DNA from: Vicugna vicugna
Taxonomy: Eukaryota
Reading direction: 5' to 3'
Length of the DNA: 64,000 nt
NCBI GenBank assembly: GCA_013265495.1
Contig: MU058844.1
Span: 440,941 to 504,940, forward strand
Within the stretch, counting starts at the first letter, position 1. Every line of letters begins with the position of its first letter. Below the pieces are notes generated by a model. That model was not told the DNA's origin, searched no databases, and saw nothing but the letters and a program-made list of their open reading frames with translations. A program made the position numbers and the translations under genes. Below, in pieces: positions 52,619 through 64,000 of the stretch.

Positions 52619-54029
52619 CATATATGAGCAATTTCTATTTCAATAATATTTATCCACAATATCACTTTTAATGGAAAAATAATATTTCTTTTTAATGAAT
52701 GCACTGCACCATATTCATTTATTTAACCAGTTTCTATTAGTGGATACTTTGATTTATTTAATCGTCTCCTTCCTCTGCCTCCTTCCTTCCTTGCTATTAT
52801 GAACATCCCTGTTATCAGTATCATTATAGGTAAGACTTTGCATATGAGGCAACATGTGGTTCCAGTCTTAAAAGTGGAATTGCTGTGTCAAGTGCATATT
52901 TTAAAATATGCCCATTGTAAGGAATATTGCCAAATGGCCTCTAGAAAGACTGCCTTAGTTTATTTCTTAATATTGTTAAAATATATAGGCTTGTTTTCTC
53001 ACACCCCACCAAACTGAGAACTAGGAGGAAAATATCTTTTATTTTAGTCAATTTCATAGTATAAACATGATACCTTATTTTAGTCTCTATATTTTTTATT
53101 ATAAATGAGGTTGATGACTTATTCTTCTGAGAAAGATTTCATTTTGTCCTTTTACAGTGGAAGTAAATAATCTTTTCCTTAAAAAATAAATTTTCCAAGT
53201 AACCAGTAAACTGGTCATGGAAAAAAGGATCCTATTAAAGAAGGGGGAATGAAAAATAAATCAATGAAAAAAGCCACCAGCCAAACTTTCTGTCTCTGTT
53301 ACTTTTAGCCAGTGGCCTTATTCTTTGATGATTGTCATTGGCCTTATTCTGTAATTGATTTTGACTAGTTTTTGCTTTTTGAGTAATGCTTTTATTTTCA
53401 TTTACTTCTAGAAAGGTTTTGCTTCTGCTTGGGGAAAAAATAAATTCAATTCTGGACCAAGTTTTTCAATAAAAATTAATTCACTAAGGGTACTTTAAAC
53501 CAGGACATACCTTTGACATTTTCAGAATGATTAAGGGTGAGCCAAATAACCAGTGTCCAGGAAGCCACTTACTTTTTGCCATGTTGTCCAACAACAAAGT
53601 AGTTAGTTAATGAGGTTTGAAAAACATTCCAACCATTTGTGTCAAATCCCAGGGTAGGCCGATACCATCTTGTTAATCCATTGTCATTTTATTTTAAACT
53701 GTAATTATCATCATTACATAAACATAAAATATAAACAAAGCGGTCTATTTTGTCTAACATTTTAAAGAGAACCATTGGTGTTTTCATTATAGTTCAATTA
53801 AATTTGGGATTGTTCGGTTCCTTATTTGTAGAATTGATGGTTGATTAAATTTAATTCAAAGGTCCCTTTGAAATCTAAAACTCTTAAGATGTGGAAATTT
53901 ATCACTTTCATAGTGATGTTATTAATGTCTTTATAATGATAGAGATTAGTAAATAGTACTTTGATAAGTTCTTTTTTTGGAGTGTCCACAGAGTCTCAGT
54001 TAGAGACTCATTTACAGACTCAGTAAACA

Positions 54030-54278
54030 TGTATGCAGTAGGATAGTATACGGGTCTGGAGTTGGAGGCAGTTATGGGTCTGAAACCCAGCTCTACCACT
54101 TACTATCTGTGTGGCCTTCAGCTAGTTATTTAACTTCTCAGTTTCTACATTTGCTCATTTGTAAGGTGGGGATAATAATACTGTCTATCACATGGGTTGT
54201 TGTGAAAGGTAAATATTTAGCACTTAAATCATTGCCTAACATGTAGGAAATACACAGGGTTTGGTAACAGCTGTTATT
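54030..54278 (+). repeat. MIR SINE (near full length)
   Basis: CCCAGCTCTACCACTTACTATCTGTGTGGCCTT...CTCATTTGTAAGGTGGGGATAATAATA...GGGTTGTTGTGA. Confidence 0.8.
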
Positions 54279-55318
54279 TGTTATCATCATCATCATCATC
54301 AACAACAAAATCAGGAATGTGTAGAGTCAAACAGAAGAAGCCATCACTGTATTATTCATTAATCTACTCTAATTTGTATTTGAAGCTTTTAGACTGGTTA
54401 TTCATATTATAAAATATACAATAAATCTGATTCTCTCATCCCATCTGGAAGGATATATTAATGGGGAACTTTCTCTACTGCTTTGCAGGTTCTTTTTTCT
54501 AACTAAATTGCCCTCTTGAGTTGTAGGTATCTAAGGCCATTCACGTTGTGATGGTCCAGCTGGTCTGGAAGAAGACCTAGACCCCCTTGTGGCCTAAATG
54601 CACCCACTTCTTAGACTACTTCCCTTCTGAGTCCCTGCCACAATGACGATGGAGAGACCACCCCACATATCTCCAGAGAGGGTGCAGTTACTCCTGACTA
54701 CATATTCCTAGAGAGCTCAGTGTGAACCACTTGGATGTGGCTCTGAAATTCCAGCTACAGTGTCCTTCTACTAAGCCCTCTCTGACCATATGTGACTTGA
54801 CCTTAAATGCCTTCTCTTGTTTTCAGGATCTTGTTGACGGTCATCTCTAGCCCTTTCTTCATTCTTTTACCAGTGTCTTATAGTTATAGATAGTTATGTA
54901 TGGGTCTGTCTTCTTTGCTGGCCTGGATAAGAATCTCAGCCATTGTGTATCCAGCAGATGAATGAATGCATGAGAAAAACAGTTCCTGCCCTTAGTGATG
55001 CTTAGGACTAGCCCAAGACAGAGTTTCCAGAGATCTCACAAATACTTCCTTTCACTCCTGCAAACTTTGGAACCTGTCCTACTTCCTCTACCAGGAAGGT
55101 TCCCTCATGCCCACCTTTCCCTGGCATGTACTCTGCCTGAAGCTCTGCATATGTTATCTTCACTACAACCCTGGAGGCTGGTTTTATTTTCCAGTTATGT
55201 ATGGATCTGTCTTCCTATTATTTGTTATCATCATCATCATCATCAACAACAAAATCAGGAATGTGTAGCGTCAAACAGAAGAAGTCATCACTGTATTATT
55301 CATTAATTTACTCTAATT
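54274..55318. repeat. 101-bp direct repeat pair (54274-54374 and 55218-55318), 3 mismatches, 944 bp apart
   Basis: TTATTTGTT(ATC)6AACAACAAAATCAGGAATGTGTAG[A/C]GTCAAACAGAAGAAG[C/T]CATCACTGTATTATTCATTAAT[C/T]TACTCTAATT. Confidence 0.95.
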
Positions 55319-55890
55319 AGCTTACAAAGATAGAAAGCAACTAGCCCAAGACTCAACATTAGCAAATGGATTAGATTCCAGGTTTGTTGACTCCAGAGCC
55401 CAGTGCTCTTTCCACCATATTATATCATCTCCAGAAGGAGGACTGGCAGGTGGTGAGGTCTATTATCCGATTGTCCCATCAACTCAGGTGTGTGTAGGTG
55501 GAACTCCAAAGCTTTCACAAAGTGTTACTGTTTTGATGCATGGGAGAGGGTGAGTGGTGCAGTCTGTTTTCCCTGTGGCAGAAGAGCTTCAAATGTCACC
55601 ATCAGCTTGTCATTGATGTTTAAGGTCCTTTTGGCTCAAGGGATTGTTCCCTATTAAAACAATTCAATCTGCTTAGGAGGAGTTGGGCATCTATCATTAA
55701 GTCATTTATATGCTCTATCAGTTCAAGCCCAAATGACAGGCTAGGACAGTAAATAAATATAAAAATATATTTAGGTATTTGTATATTTGAATAGACTATA
55801 TATTTAATTTGTATGAATAATATATAAAAATACTTATATAAAATGTATACTTATATAAATATATATTCTATACATATAGAATATGTAGTG

Positions 55891-55897
<7 letters not shown>

Positions 55898-55934
<37 letters not shown>
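55898..55934. repeat. (TA)n microsatellite in an AT-rich low-complexity tract
   Basis: Read directly from the sequence. Confidence 0.95.
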
Positions 55935-55937
<3 letters not shown>

Positions 55938-56801
55938 TATACATATATTTATTTATATATCGAGAGAGAGTTATATAGATTTACCTATGTATCTATCTGT
56001 CTCCTGGACATGTGCTATCCAGAGATGTGTTAAATTAGTTTTTGTGTGTGTGTCTTTTGAAGCAATATTTTAATTGCTCATGGGACATTTCTTAAATATT
56101 AGAAGAGATTATTATTCAAAGAAATATGAAGAAGAATTTTAGTATTTTAATTTTCTAGAAGATTAATCTGGTAGATGTATGTTTCAGTTTTTTTTTAATC
56201 AGGGTTGCATTTGTACACGAAGGTGGCTTTTTTTTTATTCTAAAGCAATACATTAGTGTTAAGTTAAAACAATGAGATTTCATGATTTTAAGTTTTGCTG
56301 TTTTAGAATGGTCACAGTAGGCTCAATGAAATATTTCTAGAAAGATGTAAATACAATATTGAGTCTATTAGTTTGGTCAAAGTTTTTAAGGATTTTTTTT
56401 GACAGATATATCAAGATAAGAGCAAGATTATAATTGTTTGTATTTATAGGGAGAAATGGTTTCTTGTTATTAAGGAGTTAATGACTGAGTTTAGTGGTGT
56501 GAGGCTCCAAGGGAAAGCATTTGTTAAATCAAGAGTAGCCGGACAGGAGAAAAATGCACATCATTATATGCAATTGCTGCAAAAATGGTCTTTTTGTTTT
56601 AGAGAGTGCAGTTTATAGTAATTGAAGAAAATCCCATGTGCCATTTTCATTGTTTACTCCATTTGTTTGCTTTCTATGTAATTGAATTTCACACAAAGGA
56701 GAGAATGAAAACTATTTTCAGGTGCATCATTATATTTTCTACAGACCCTTTAATTTTAGAGCATAGCTTTTAGTAAGAATTCTCCAGGGGGTATATTTAT
56801 A

Positions 56802-56809
56802 TGTGTGCA

Positions 56810-56840
<31 letters not shown>
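56802..56840. repeat. (TG)n microsatellite
   Basis: Read directly from the sequence; interrupted at its 5' end. Confidence 0.95.
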
Positions 56841-57806
56841 TTTAGGAGAGTCAAAGAAGGAGAATGACATTTCTTTTGAAACCAACCTCTGATCTGATTG
56901 AATGTTACATTTCTTAAAACAGCAAAAAATGGGCTTTCAGTCACATTTTGGGTCACGTTTCTAACCATTTGCCAAAGCAAGCCTTATTGAATTTAGGAGA
57001 CATAATTATATTTTACATTTTGTAGGGCTGTGTTTCCGAAACTACAGAAACACAGATATATAGCACTCTGCCAGGCAAACATCACCAAAAAACAATACAT
57101 GAGATGCAGTTCCCAGTGTTTATTTGTGAGTATTTGGGTGTTTATACCTGAGTGAAATGAGTTTGGGGAAAAGTCAGTATGCCCTCATTTTGAAGCAGCA
57201 GATCTTTGCTATGGCTTCGTTTTATGAATGACACATGAAATGGGTATGTGGAAGTAAATGGGAAACTTTAAGACTTAGAGTAACATTCAAAAGATTTAGG
57301 GGAAAGACAATAAAAATGTTTTGCATGGAGTTCAAATATAAAGCCATTGATATGAGGAACAGAATGGTTTCCCTTTAAGCTTAATTGGTTGTTTTAATTT
57401 TGAGGGCCTACTCTAGAGTTACAGCAGGCAAAAGAAATACAAGGAATGTTCTCAACATAGATCTCTGAATCTCATTTTGTTAAGCTTTTAATTATCAGAA
57501 GGTGGTTCTGTGAGACTCAGAAGCACATGAGCCATTGGGAAGAAGAAACTAGTTCAGTTTTGTGAGCAAGGACAGTATTGATGGATTAGAGGGAAAGAAA
57601 ACAGTATCTTGGGAGGAAATGAACTAAGCAAGGTATAAAGGACAGAGAAGTGTGCTCATTCATTTATATATTAATTCATTTAACAACTAGTTGGCATTTT
57701 ACGATGTGCCAGGCACTTTGCTGGGTTGTGATAAGCTGGGAGAATGTCAGTGGCACTGATTTGCTTTGGCATATTACTCCCTATTTACAGATCCCATTAC
57801 ATTCCA

Positions 57807-58135
57807 TTTTTAAAAACTGAGATATAACACTGTATTAGTTTTAGATGTACAACATAATGATTTGGTATATGTGTATACAGCAAAATGATTACCACAATTA
57901 AGTTAGTTAACATCCATCACCACACACGGTTATAATTAATTTTTCTTGTGATGAGAAGTTTTAAAATCTACTCTGTTAAGCAACTTTAAAATATAAAATA
58001 CAATGTTGTTAACTATAGTCACCATGCTGTACATTATATCCCCAGGACTTATTTATCTTATGACTGGAAGTTGGTAACTTTTGACCATCTTCATCCCATA
58101 CCTCCACTTCTGGCAAGCGCCAGTCTGCTCTTCCA
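57807..58135 (-). mobile_element. Older L1 (L1MA-like) 3' end fragment
   Basis: GTACAACATAATGATTTG...AGTTAACATCCATCACC...TTAACTATAGTCACCATGCTGTACATTATATCCCCAGGACTTATTTATCTTA. Confidence 0.8.
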
Positions 58136-58432
58136 TTCTGTTTTAACATGAATGTATTATGTACTAAATTTAGTTTGATTTGAATGCAGTTAAGAGTCAT
58201 TATTATTTTATTCAATTGGACAAACAAGTACAATGTCATCATTTTTGTCTTTGATAAAGGAACAATATGTTTATAGGTTTCTTATTTCAGAAGTAATATG
58301 TGTAATGATTGGAAAAGACAAGTCTAATTTCCCATACAAATAGAAGGTGGACTGGGGAAATAGATCTTACTGCTCAAGTTTTTGGATTCTTATAAGGAAA
58401 CTGGTTCTAAGAGAGAAAACTCCTTTTCCTTT

Positions 58433-58950
58433 TGTCGGAGCCAGCCGACAACGAGCAGGTCCAGAAACCTGTGCTGCAGGACTGAGAAAAGAAAGACGAC
58501 ACTAAAAGGTGGGGTTGAGAGGGTCGCACTCTAAGTCTGCAAGACGCAAGACCAAGAATGGACGACGAGTTTATTTTCAGCAGTTAATTTATACAATTTC
58601 AACCAGCTAGAGTGTGCATTCCTTCACGTAGGCAAAGGCATTGTCTTCTAAACTTAAGACCACCTGATAGCGTGTAGTAAAATCATTAACTTGTGTATTG
58701 TTCCCATAAACCGCCATAGGCTTAGATCAGTAACTTGTATGCTGATTGTATCTTCTTGCCAAAAGGCCATTAGTGTCTCATTAGCATAGGACGTTCCTGA
58801 GGTTTTAAGATTCCTTGGCGCAAACATCTCAAAGGGGTGGCGGGACAGAGATTGTCTTTGATAGATCAACCTCAAAGCCTGACGCTAGCACTCAAGATTT
58901 ATTATCCTGTTTTGTGCCGGCCGTCCTCAGGTCATGAGTGGCTCCCCACA
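58433..58950 (-). mobile_element. Young solo LTR, betaretrovirus-like (ERV class II), 518 bp
   Basis: TG...CA termini; perfect 6-bp TSD TCCTTT (58427-58432 and 58951-58956); minus-strand TATAAA (58588-58593) followed closely by AATAAA (58570-58575); many CpGs retained. Confidence 0.9.
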
Positions 58951-59381
58951 TCCTTTCAGTTTCTCTCTCACATGTGATAATGGACAAATGGGGATTCAGT
59001 ATGGTCCAATCTAGACTTTAAGATTCAGACTCATAAAACAGCCTTGTAGCTGTTTATTGAGATTATTTTGCTGTAGAAAATATTATTCAACAGTCTTCTT
59101 AGTGTAAATGTTTACATTGTATATTTAGAGCAAGTTAACTTTTGGATGCTCTTGGTCAGTTTCCCCACTGCATTTGTGTAAACTTATAATTACTAGAATC
59201 TGTTGACTCATTAGGATCTGCAGAAAATGTGACAAGTATAATGGCACAACTGACCTTTTTGAAAAGGAATCATCCAAGATCCTGGCAAATAATTTCTGGG
59301 CACTGCAACATTTATAAAAGTCTGTTGATCTAATCAATATAGTCTTCAAACTAGTATCCTTGTAACAAGCAGAATGGTCAG

Positions 59382-59834
59382 CATTGGGAAACAATTTTCC
59401 ATGAGTTTCACACATTTCTGCATGTCTTTGAGCAGAGGCACTGATTGTGTCAGTTCTAGACTGCCCTTTCTAGGATAGTTTGAATAATGAATGGCCTTGG
59501 AAAATAGAGGTACCTATTACCTCCTTTTGGAGCAAAGGAGCAGGTTTATTTGCTACCTATTATGAACGATTCAGGGTTATTCTTCTGTCATGCAAACCAG
59601 TGTCAGTGCAAATGTTATCTGGCCCCTTTCCTGTCACCATGTGGGGGCTGGAACTCTGGGAACCACTGCAAGAAAGTGCTAATTCTCTGTCTACTGGTAT
59701 TGATTTAAGTGATGGAGTCTTTTGAGTCTGACTCAGGAGCATCCTGTCTCGTAGCAGCATTCATGAAACTGCAGTAAGCTCGCTGGTTCATTTGCAAGTA
59801 GGGTGCAGTCGCAGCGTCTTCACAGTCCTTGGCA
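59382..59834 (+). mobile_element. Older solo LTR (MER110/MER90-like by memory), 453 bp
   Basis: 5-bp TSD GTCAG at 59377-59381 and 59835-59839; ends in CA; motifs GAGCAGAGGCACTGA, GCCTTGGAAAATAGAG, GCAAGTAGGGT. Confidence 0.75.
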
Positions 59835-60309
59835 GTCAGTACCATCATTCATACATACATTTCTTCTTCATGTGTGCCTGTAATTCTGATGCCCTTACTA
59901 TATGTATAACTAATAAAAGAAATGAGGCGACTGCCAATCTTCTAAAATAATATTTAAGATTCTTAGTGTCTTCTTCCTTTCCCACACTATTCCCCATCTA
60001 AATTGTTAACTAGAAGCCAACTTTAAATTTAAGGGAAAGAAAAAAATCAATTGAATTATTTACCCCTATAAATTCCTTGGCTGACAGAACTTCAGACATC
60101 ACTTATTTGAAAAAAAAAAGAGCTGAGAACACCAACGCTAAGGGTGATGGAATAAGTAGGGAGCCTAGCTGCTGGTGGAAGATTCCCTGTAGTTCAGGCC
60201 ATTTCCAGGATACTTGTTAATGATGACTAGTGCATGTTTTCTTTTCTTGTTAGGTGGAAGCATTGTATTTTCCCCTTAACATTTAAAAATGATAAAATAG
60301 GGTCTAGAA

Positions 60310-60545
60310 CAGTGGTGTGGCACACTGGTTAAGAGTAAGAACTCAGAGTCAGCTGGACTGAGTTTGTGTTCTGGTTGCACCTGTGTAACCTTGGCGCCAA
60401 AGATCTAACTTCAGGTCTCAATTTCACTGTCTTTAAAACTAGAACTCCATCATTGCAAAGAATGGCCGTAATGGTGAACGGAAATAAGGCCAGGCGCAGT
60501 GCGAGGCACCCACTGAGCTCCCATCAAATGCTAGTCGTTATTATT
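60310..60545 (+). repeat. MIR SINE
   Basis: TGGTTAAGAGTAAGAACTCAGAGTCAG...TGTGTAACCTTGG...CTCAATTTCACTGTCTTTAAAA...AAATGCTAGTCGTTATTATT. Confidence 0.7.
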
Positions 60546-61444
60546 AGCTCTGTATTAAATATGTGCCTGACAACTAGCGAATGACTTTGAGAACTTGTCA
60601 ACAAATCATGCAGTAGCATCATTAATCCCAAACTGGTTTTAAGGCTGAGGCAATTGCAGATGGAGCGATCAGTGATCAATATCTCTGCTGTTGTTAGTTT
60701 ATGTGGTTTCCCTAGCATTTCTGTGTTCCATTTGGGGTCTTGCTTGGAGTTAATTCTAGGTGTGGCTGTTCCACAAATGATTTGGCTCTTAGGTGCTCAG
60801 GAATTTCATTTCTACCTCAACAGCTTTGTAGTGATTGCTCTGTCAGAATAATAGTAGGGATGTCAAGTTTCCTGGCCGAAGAGTGGGTTTTAGCTTCACC
60901 TTAATTTTCTTCCACAGCCATTTAAAGAATGTTTCTTTTTCCTCTATTATTTGCATCTTGCAAAGCCAGTAAGCTGACCGTATAATCCTATTATCTGTTA
61001 TTTGCATAGTTCACAAAGCCACTGTCCAAATTCTGTGATTCATTATTTAAAAAACATTTTTTTAAACTTAAACTATTAATTAATAAAAAATAAAAGTGTA
61101 AAGGTTTTGGAAAATATGGCTGTCCAGTGATTCTCAAACACAGTAAACAAATAACATATTCATTGCTCCATGGAGAAATGTGAAAATAAGTATAACATAA
61201 AACATTTCTCTTAAAGCCAAATATAATAATAAAAATAATTTGTTCTGACATTATGTTCTCCCTAAATTTTTAGTGTTGTTAAAATACAATCTTTTCTATG
61301 AAATGTTGCTTATGGACTGGGTCTTTAAAAAATATTTTTACTTGGGGGAAGTAAAAAAAAACAAAGGCGAACTCATACTGATTCCCTTAATCCCCCCCTT
61401 TTTTTTTTAAGTGAAGTCCAAAAGTCTAAGATCCAGGATAATTA

Positions 61445-61655
61445 TAATAGTGAACACTTTTGTAAGGCTTACTATGAGCAAGGCCCTTTTCTAAGAGTTT
61501 ACAAATATTGACTTACTGAATTCTTATAGCAGCTCTCTGAAGTTACACCCAATTTATAGATAAGGAAACAGAGAAACAGAGAGGTTAAGTAACTTGACCA
61601 AGGTCACATGGCTAACAAGTGGTAAAGATAGGACTCAAACCCAGGATTCTGGATC
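61445..61655 (-). repeat. MIR SINE
   Basis: GATAAGGAAACAGAGAAACAGAGAGGTTAAGTAACTTGACCAAGGTCACATGGCTA. Confidence 0.8.
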
Positions 61656-62602
61656 TAATCTCTTTCTTTTGTTATTAGTTACTTTGAGAAGAATCCTAGA
61701 AACTTTCACTGAGCTAGAAATCTCAGCCTGATATTAGAATATCTGGAGGGTGTTTTGGCAATATCTAGCAAAAGCTTCAAAACTGTGTCTGTGCTTTGAC
61801 CCAGCATTTCTAGAAATTTATTCTAAGGGAACAATCAAAGAATTATGCCAAAATATATGTACAAGAGTATTAATGACAGCATTATTTTCACTGGAGAAAA
61901 ATAGAAACTAATCAAATGCTCCCACAGAGGGGATTGTTTAAATAATAGGACAGCCATGCAAAGGATACTAATAAATCATTTTTAATTGATTTAGGTTTTT
62001 AAACTATGTTCACAAAACCCTGGGGTTCATCTAACATGCATTAGGGCTCTGCAGTTTTTTTTTTTTTTGTCTAAATGTCATACTGCTGATGGAGATTGAT
62101 ATATGATTGTCTACAGTCACCCCTGACTGAACCTTTTTGTAAAACATGTTCCCATAGATTTATTTTAAGATGAATAAATGGTCTACATTTGAATAATAGT
62201 CCATCTCTCTGGGTCAACAGATGCCTTTATTTTGTTTTTAAAATGAGGGTGCTTTGTAGACTAAGCCTATTTTCAACACCGGCTCTCTAGTTATGGTGTG
62301 AGTGTCCCCATTAGGATTTCCTGTCTGGCCAACCTTGTCAGCCTGTTTCTAACGTATTCCTTCTATTAAACACAAATAGATTTGCTTTGCTAAACTAGCC
62401 TGTAATCTGCAGAGTTCCTGGGAGGGAGATTCTTGCCTGATATATTTTATTTTGCTTTAAGTATCAACAAACATGTAAAAAGCTTCTTGGATCTAATCAA
62501 CTAGTGTTCTTCCTTGAAACTACTGGAAGAAGTATGTGGATTACTGATTAGTGTGGACAACATAAATAGCTTTTTGCAATTAAAAACTCTTGAAAATGTG
62601 AT

Positions 62603-62800
62603 TGTATCATGGTGTAAGGGAAGAGACAGTGGCTTTAACAGATAGCTGTGAATTTGCTTTAGCTGTTCACTAGCTATGGGACACTGGCAAGTTATTTATC
62701 TTTCTGAGCATAGACTTCTTGTAATAAAAATGGAAAATACTATCTTTCAGGTTGTTATGAGGATCACATGAGGTACACTTAAGCACTCAACAAATGTTGA
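62603..62800 (+). repeat. MIR SINE
   Basis: CACTAGCTATGGGACACTGGCAAGTTATTTATCTTTCTGAGC...GGTTGTTATGAGGAT...GCACTCAACAAATGTT. Confidence 0.7.
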
Positions 62801-63181
62801 CATAAAAAGGGTACAGCTAATTTAGATCAGAGAGTCAGGGAAGGTTCCATCAATTCAATTCTTTGTACCCATCACCCCAAATACTGGAAGTAACTTTAGA
62901 CATTTCAGGTGCTAGAGAGAGAGGAATATATTAAACTCTTAGCTTTAAAATATTTCCTGTTTTTTACCCCCACAAAAATCTCTAATTTACATCTATTTAG
63001 AATTTTACTACTTATATTAAAGATAATATTATCCTTGCCCTTTGCTGTGTAAATCTTGCAAAGTGCTCTAGCCAAAGGCAATAAATTTCACTCTGACAAG
63101 ATCAAAGACTATTCAAATAGTGTGAATATAAAATATTATACAACATTTTCAATTTATGGTACATTTATGAAATATCATTGC

Positions 63182-63217
63182 ATCGCTTCTCAGCCTTTTG
63201 GCTAAGATCCTATGTAG
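63182..63217 (+). pseudogene. RNU2: 3'-truncated U2 snRNA retropseudogene (first ~36 nt)
   Basis: ATCGCTTCTCAGCCTTTTGGCTAAGATCCTATGTAG versus U2 ATCGCTTCTCGGCCTTTTGGCTAAGATCAAGTGTAG. Flanking direct repeat TCATTGC at 63175-63181 and 63227-63233. Confidence 0.88.
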
Positions 63218-63802
63218 AACAAAGACTCATTGCCATAGAAGAAGCATCTCAGATATCTTCTGGTAATGGGGGTAATTTTATGGAATTCTATTTCCTCTCT
63301 CTCTCTGTTTTCCTTGGCTGTCCCTGTTTGAGTTGGGTGCCCCTCCTATAGGCTTCCATAGTCTTTGAATTCCAAAGATAATCTCAGATATTGTTCTGTC
63401 ACCCTATATGAGTTCCCCCAACAGAATATGCATTTGCAATGGGCAAGAACTCCCAGTATTTCTGGCCAACCATCACCCATTCCCTCCCAACACCCATGGC
63501 TGTGCCATTTTTGTCAGGCCTGGGGTCCTGCTCTAATCCCTTCATGCCTTCTTCTCCACTTATGTCAGTCCCAGTTTTCCAAGTCATCTCTCATCCTTTG
63601 CACTCTGATCTCCACATGACCTCATATATCCCTTTTCTGACTCTATATCTCACTTCTGCCAACTTCTGAAACCCCTCTACAATGACCTTACTTCTGTGAA
63701 TGTTCTCCTCACCTTCTTGTTACAATGGAGACTTGGTTCTCCCAAGGACACTTGTTCCTTTGCATGTGGTGGTCATTTTCTCTCCCACACTCCTTGTATC
63801 AT

Positions 63803-64000
63803 TGTTACTAAACTCATGTTCAGTTGTTCACTACTTAAAAATGATACTTGAGAGAGAAGTGTTGGTAGGAAAGGAAAGGTTGCTTTATTCAGGAGGCCAG
63901 CAACCTAGGGAGAAAGGTGGACTTGTGTCCAAAAGCCAACTCCAACTGCTGATTGGAGCAAAAGCTTTTAAAGGGGAGTTTTGGGGTATATAGACAGAGG
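63803..64000 (-). mobile_element. ERV1-type LTR (ungulate MER41-like), cut by the window edge
   Basis: Starts TGTTAC...; AGTGTTGGTAGGAAAGGAAAGGTTGCTTTATTCAGGAGGCCAGCAACC contains a minus-strand AATAAA; GCTTTTAAAGGG is a TATA-like box. Confidence 0.65.

Noticed and set aside
54375..55217. Spacer between the 101-bp repeats as a novel mobile element with long TSD or mini-LTRs
   Set aside because: The repeats lack TG...CA ends, there is no PBS/PPT, polyA tail or ORF, and the spacer contains old L2-like sequence.
1..64000. CRISPR arrays, tRNA/rRNA genes or prokaryote-type systems
   Set aside because: No repeat-spacer arrays or structural RNA genes were seen; this is intron-containing mammalian DNA.

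Overview
Mammalian genomic DNA. The L1 3' ends and the lack of recognisable Alu, B1, Bov-A/tA, PRE1 or CAN SINEs point to a cetartiodactyl, probably a camelid (inference). Two genes converge. UBE2N (+) has exons 2-4 at 12002-13312 plus a long 3'UTR, and its exon 1 lies left of the window. NUDT4/DIPP2 (-) is complete: 5 coding exons at 22885-35731, 180/181 aa, with a CpG-island promoter at about 35.3-36.6 kb. The presumed UBE2N intron 1 carries the CpG-rich 5' end of a young antisense L1, a truncated L1, and an HSPE1 processed retrocopy inserted into a MER33. Right of NUDT4 is gene-free, repeat-rich DNA: a 5-kb decayed L1, a young betaretrovirus-like solo LTR with a perfect 6-bp TSD, older LTRs, MIR/L2/MER elements and a 3'-truncated U2 snRNA retropseudogene. 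I found no wholly new multi-gene system. The best leads are: an HSP10 retrocopy whose frame is rescued by a new upstream ATG; a candidate in-frame alternative first coding exon of NUDT4; a NUDT4 uORF in frame with the CDS and separated by one UGA; an L1 antisense ORF with a possible poison exon; and a mosaic local duplication that looks like template switching. Repeat family names come from remembered consensus sequences and need RepeatMasker/Dfam confirmation.
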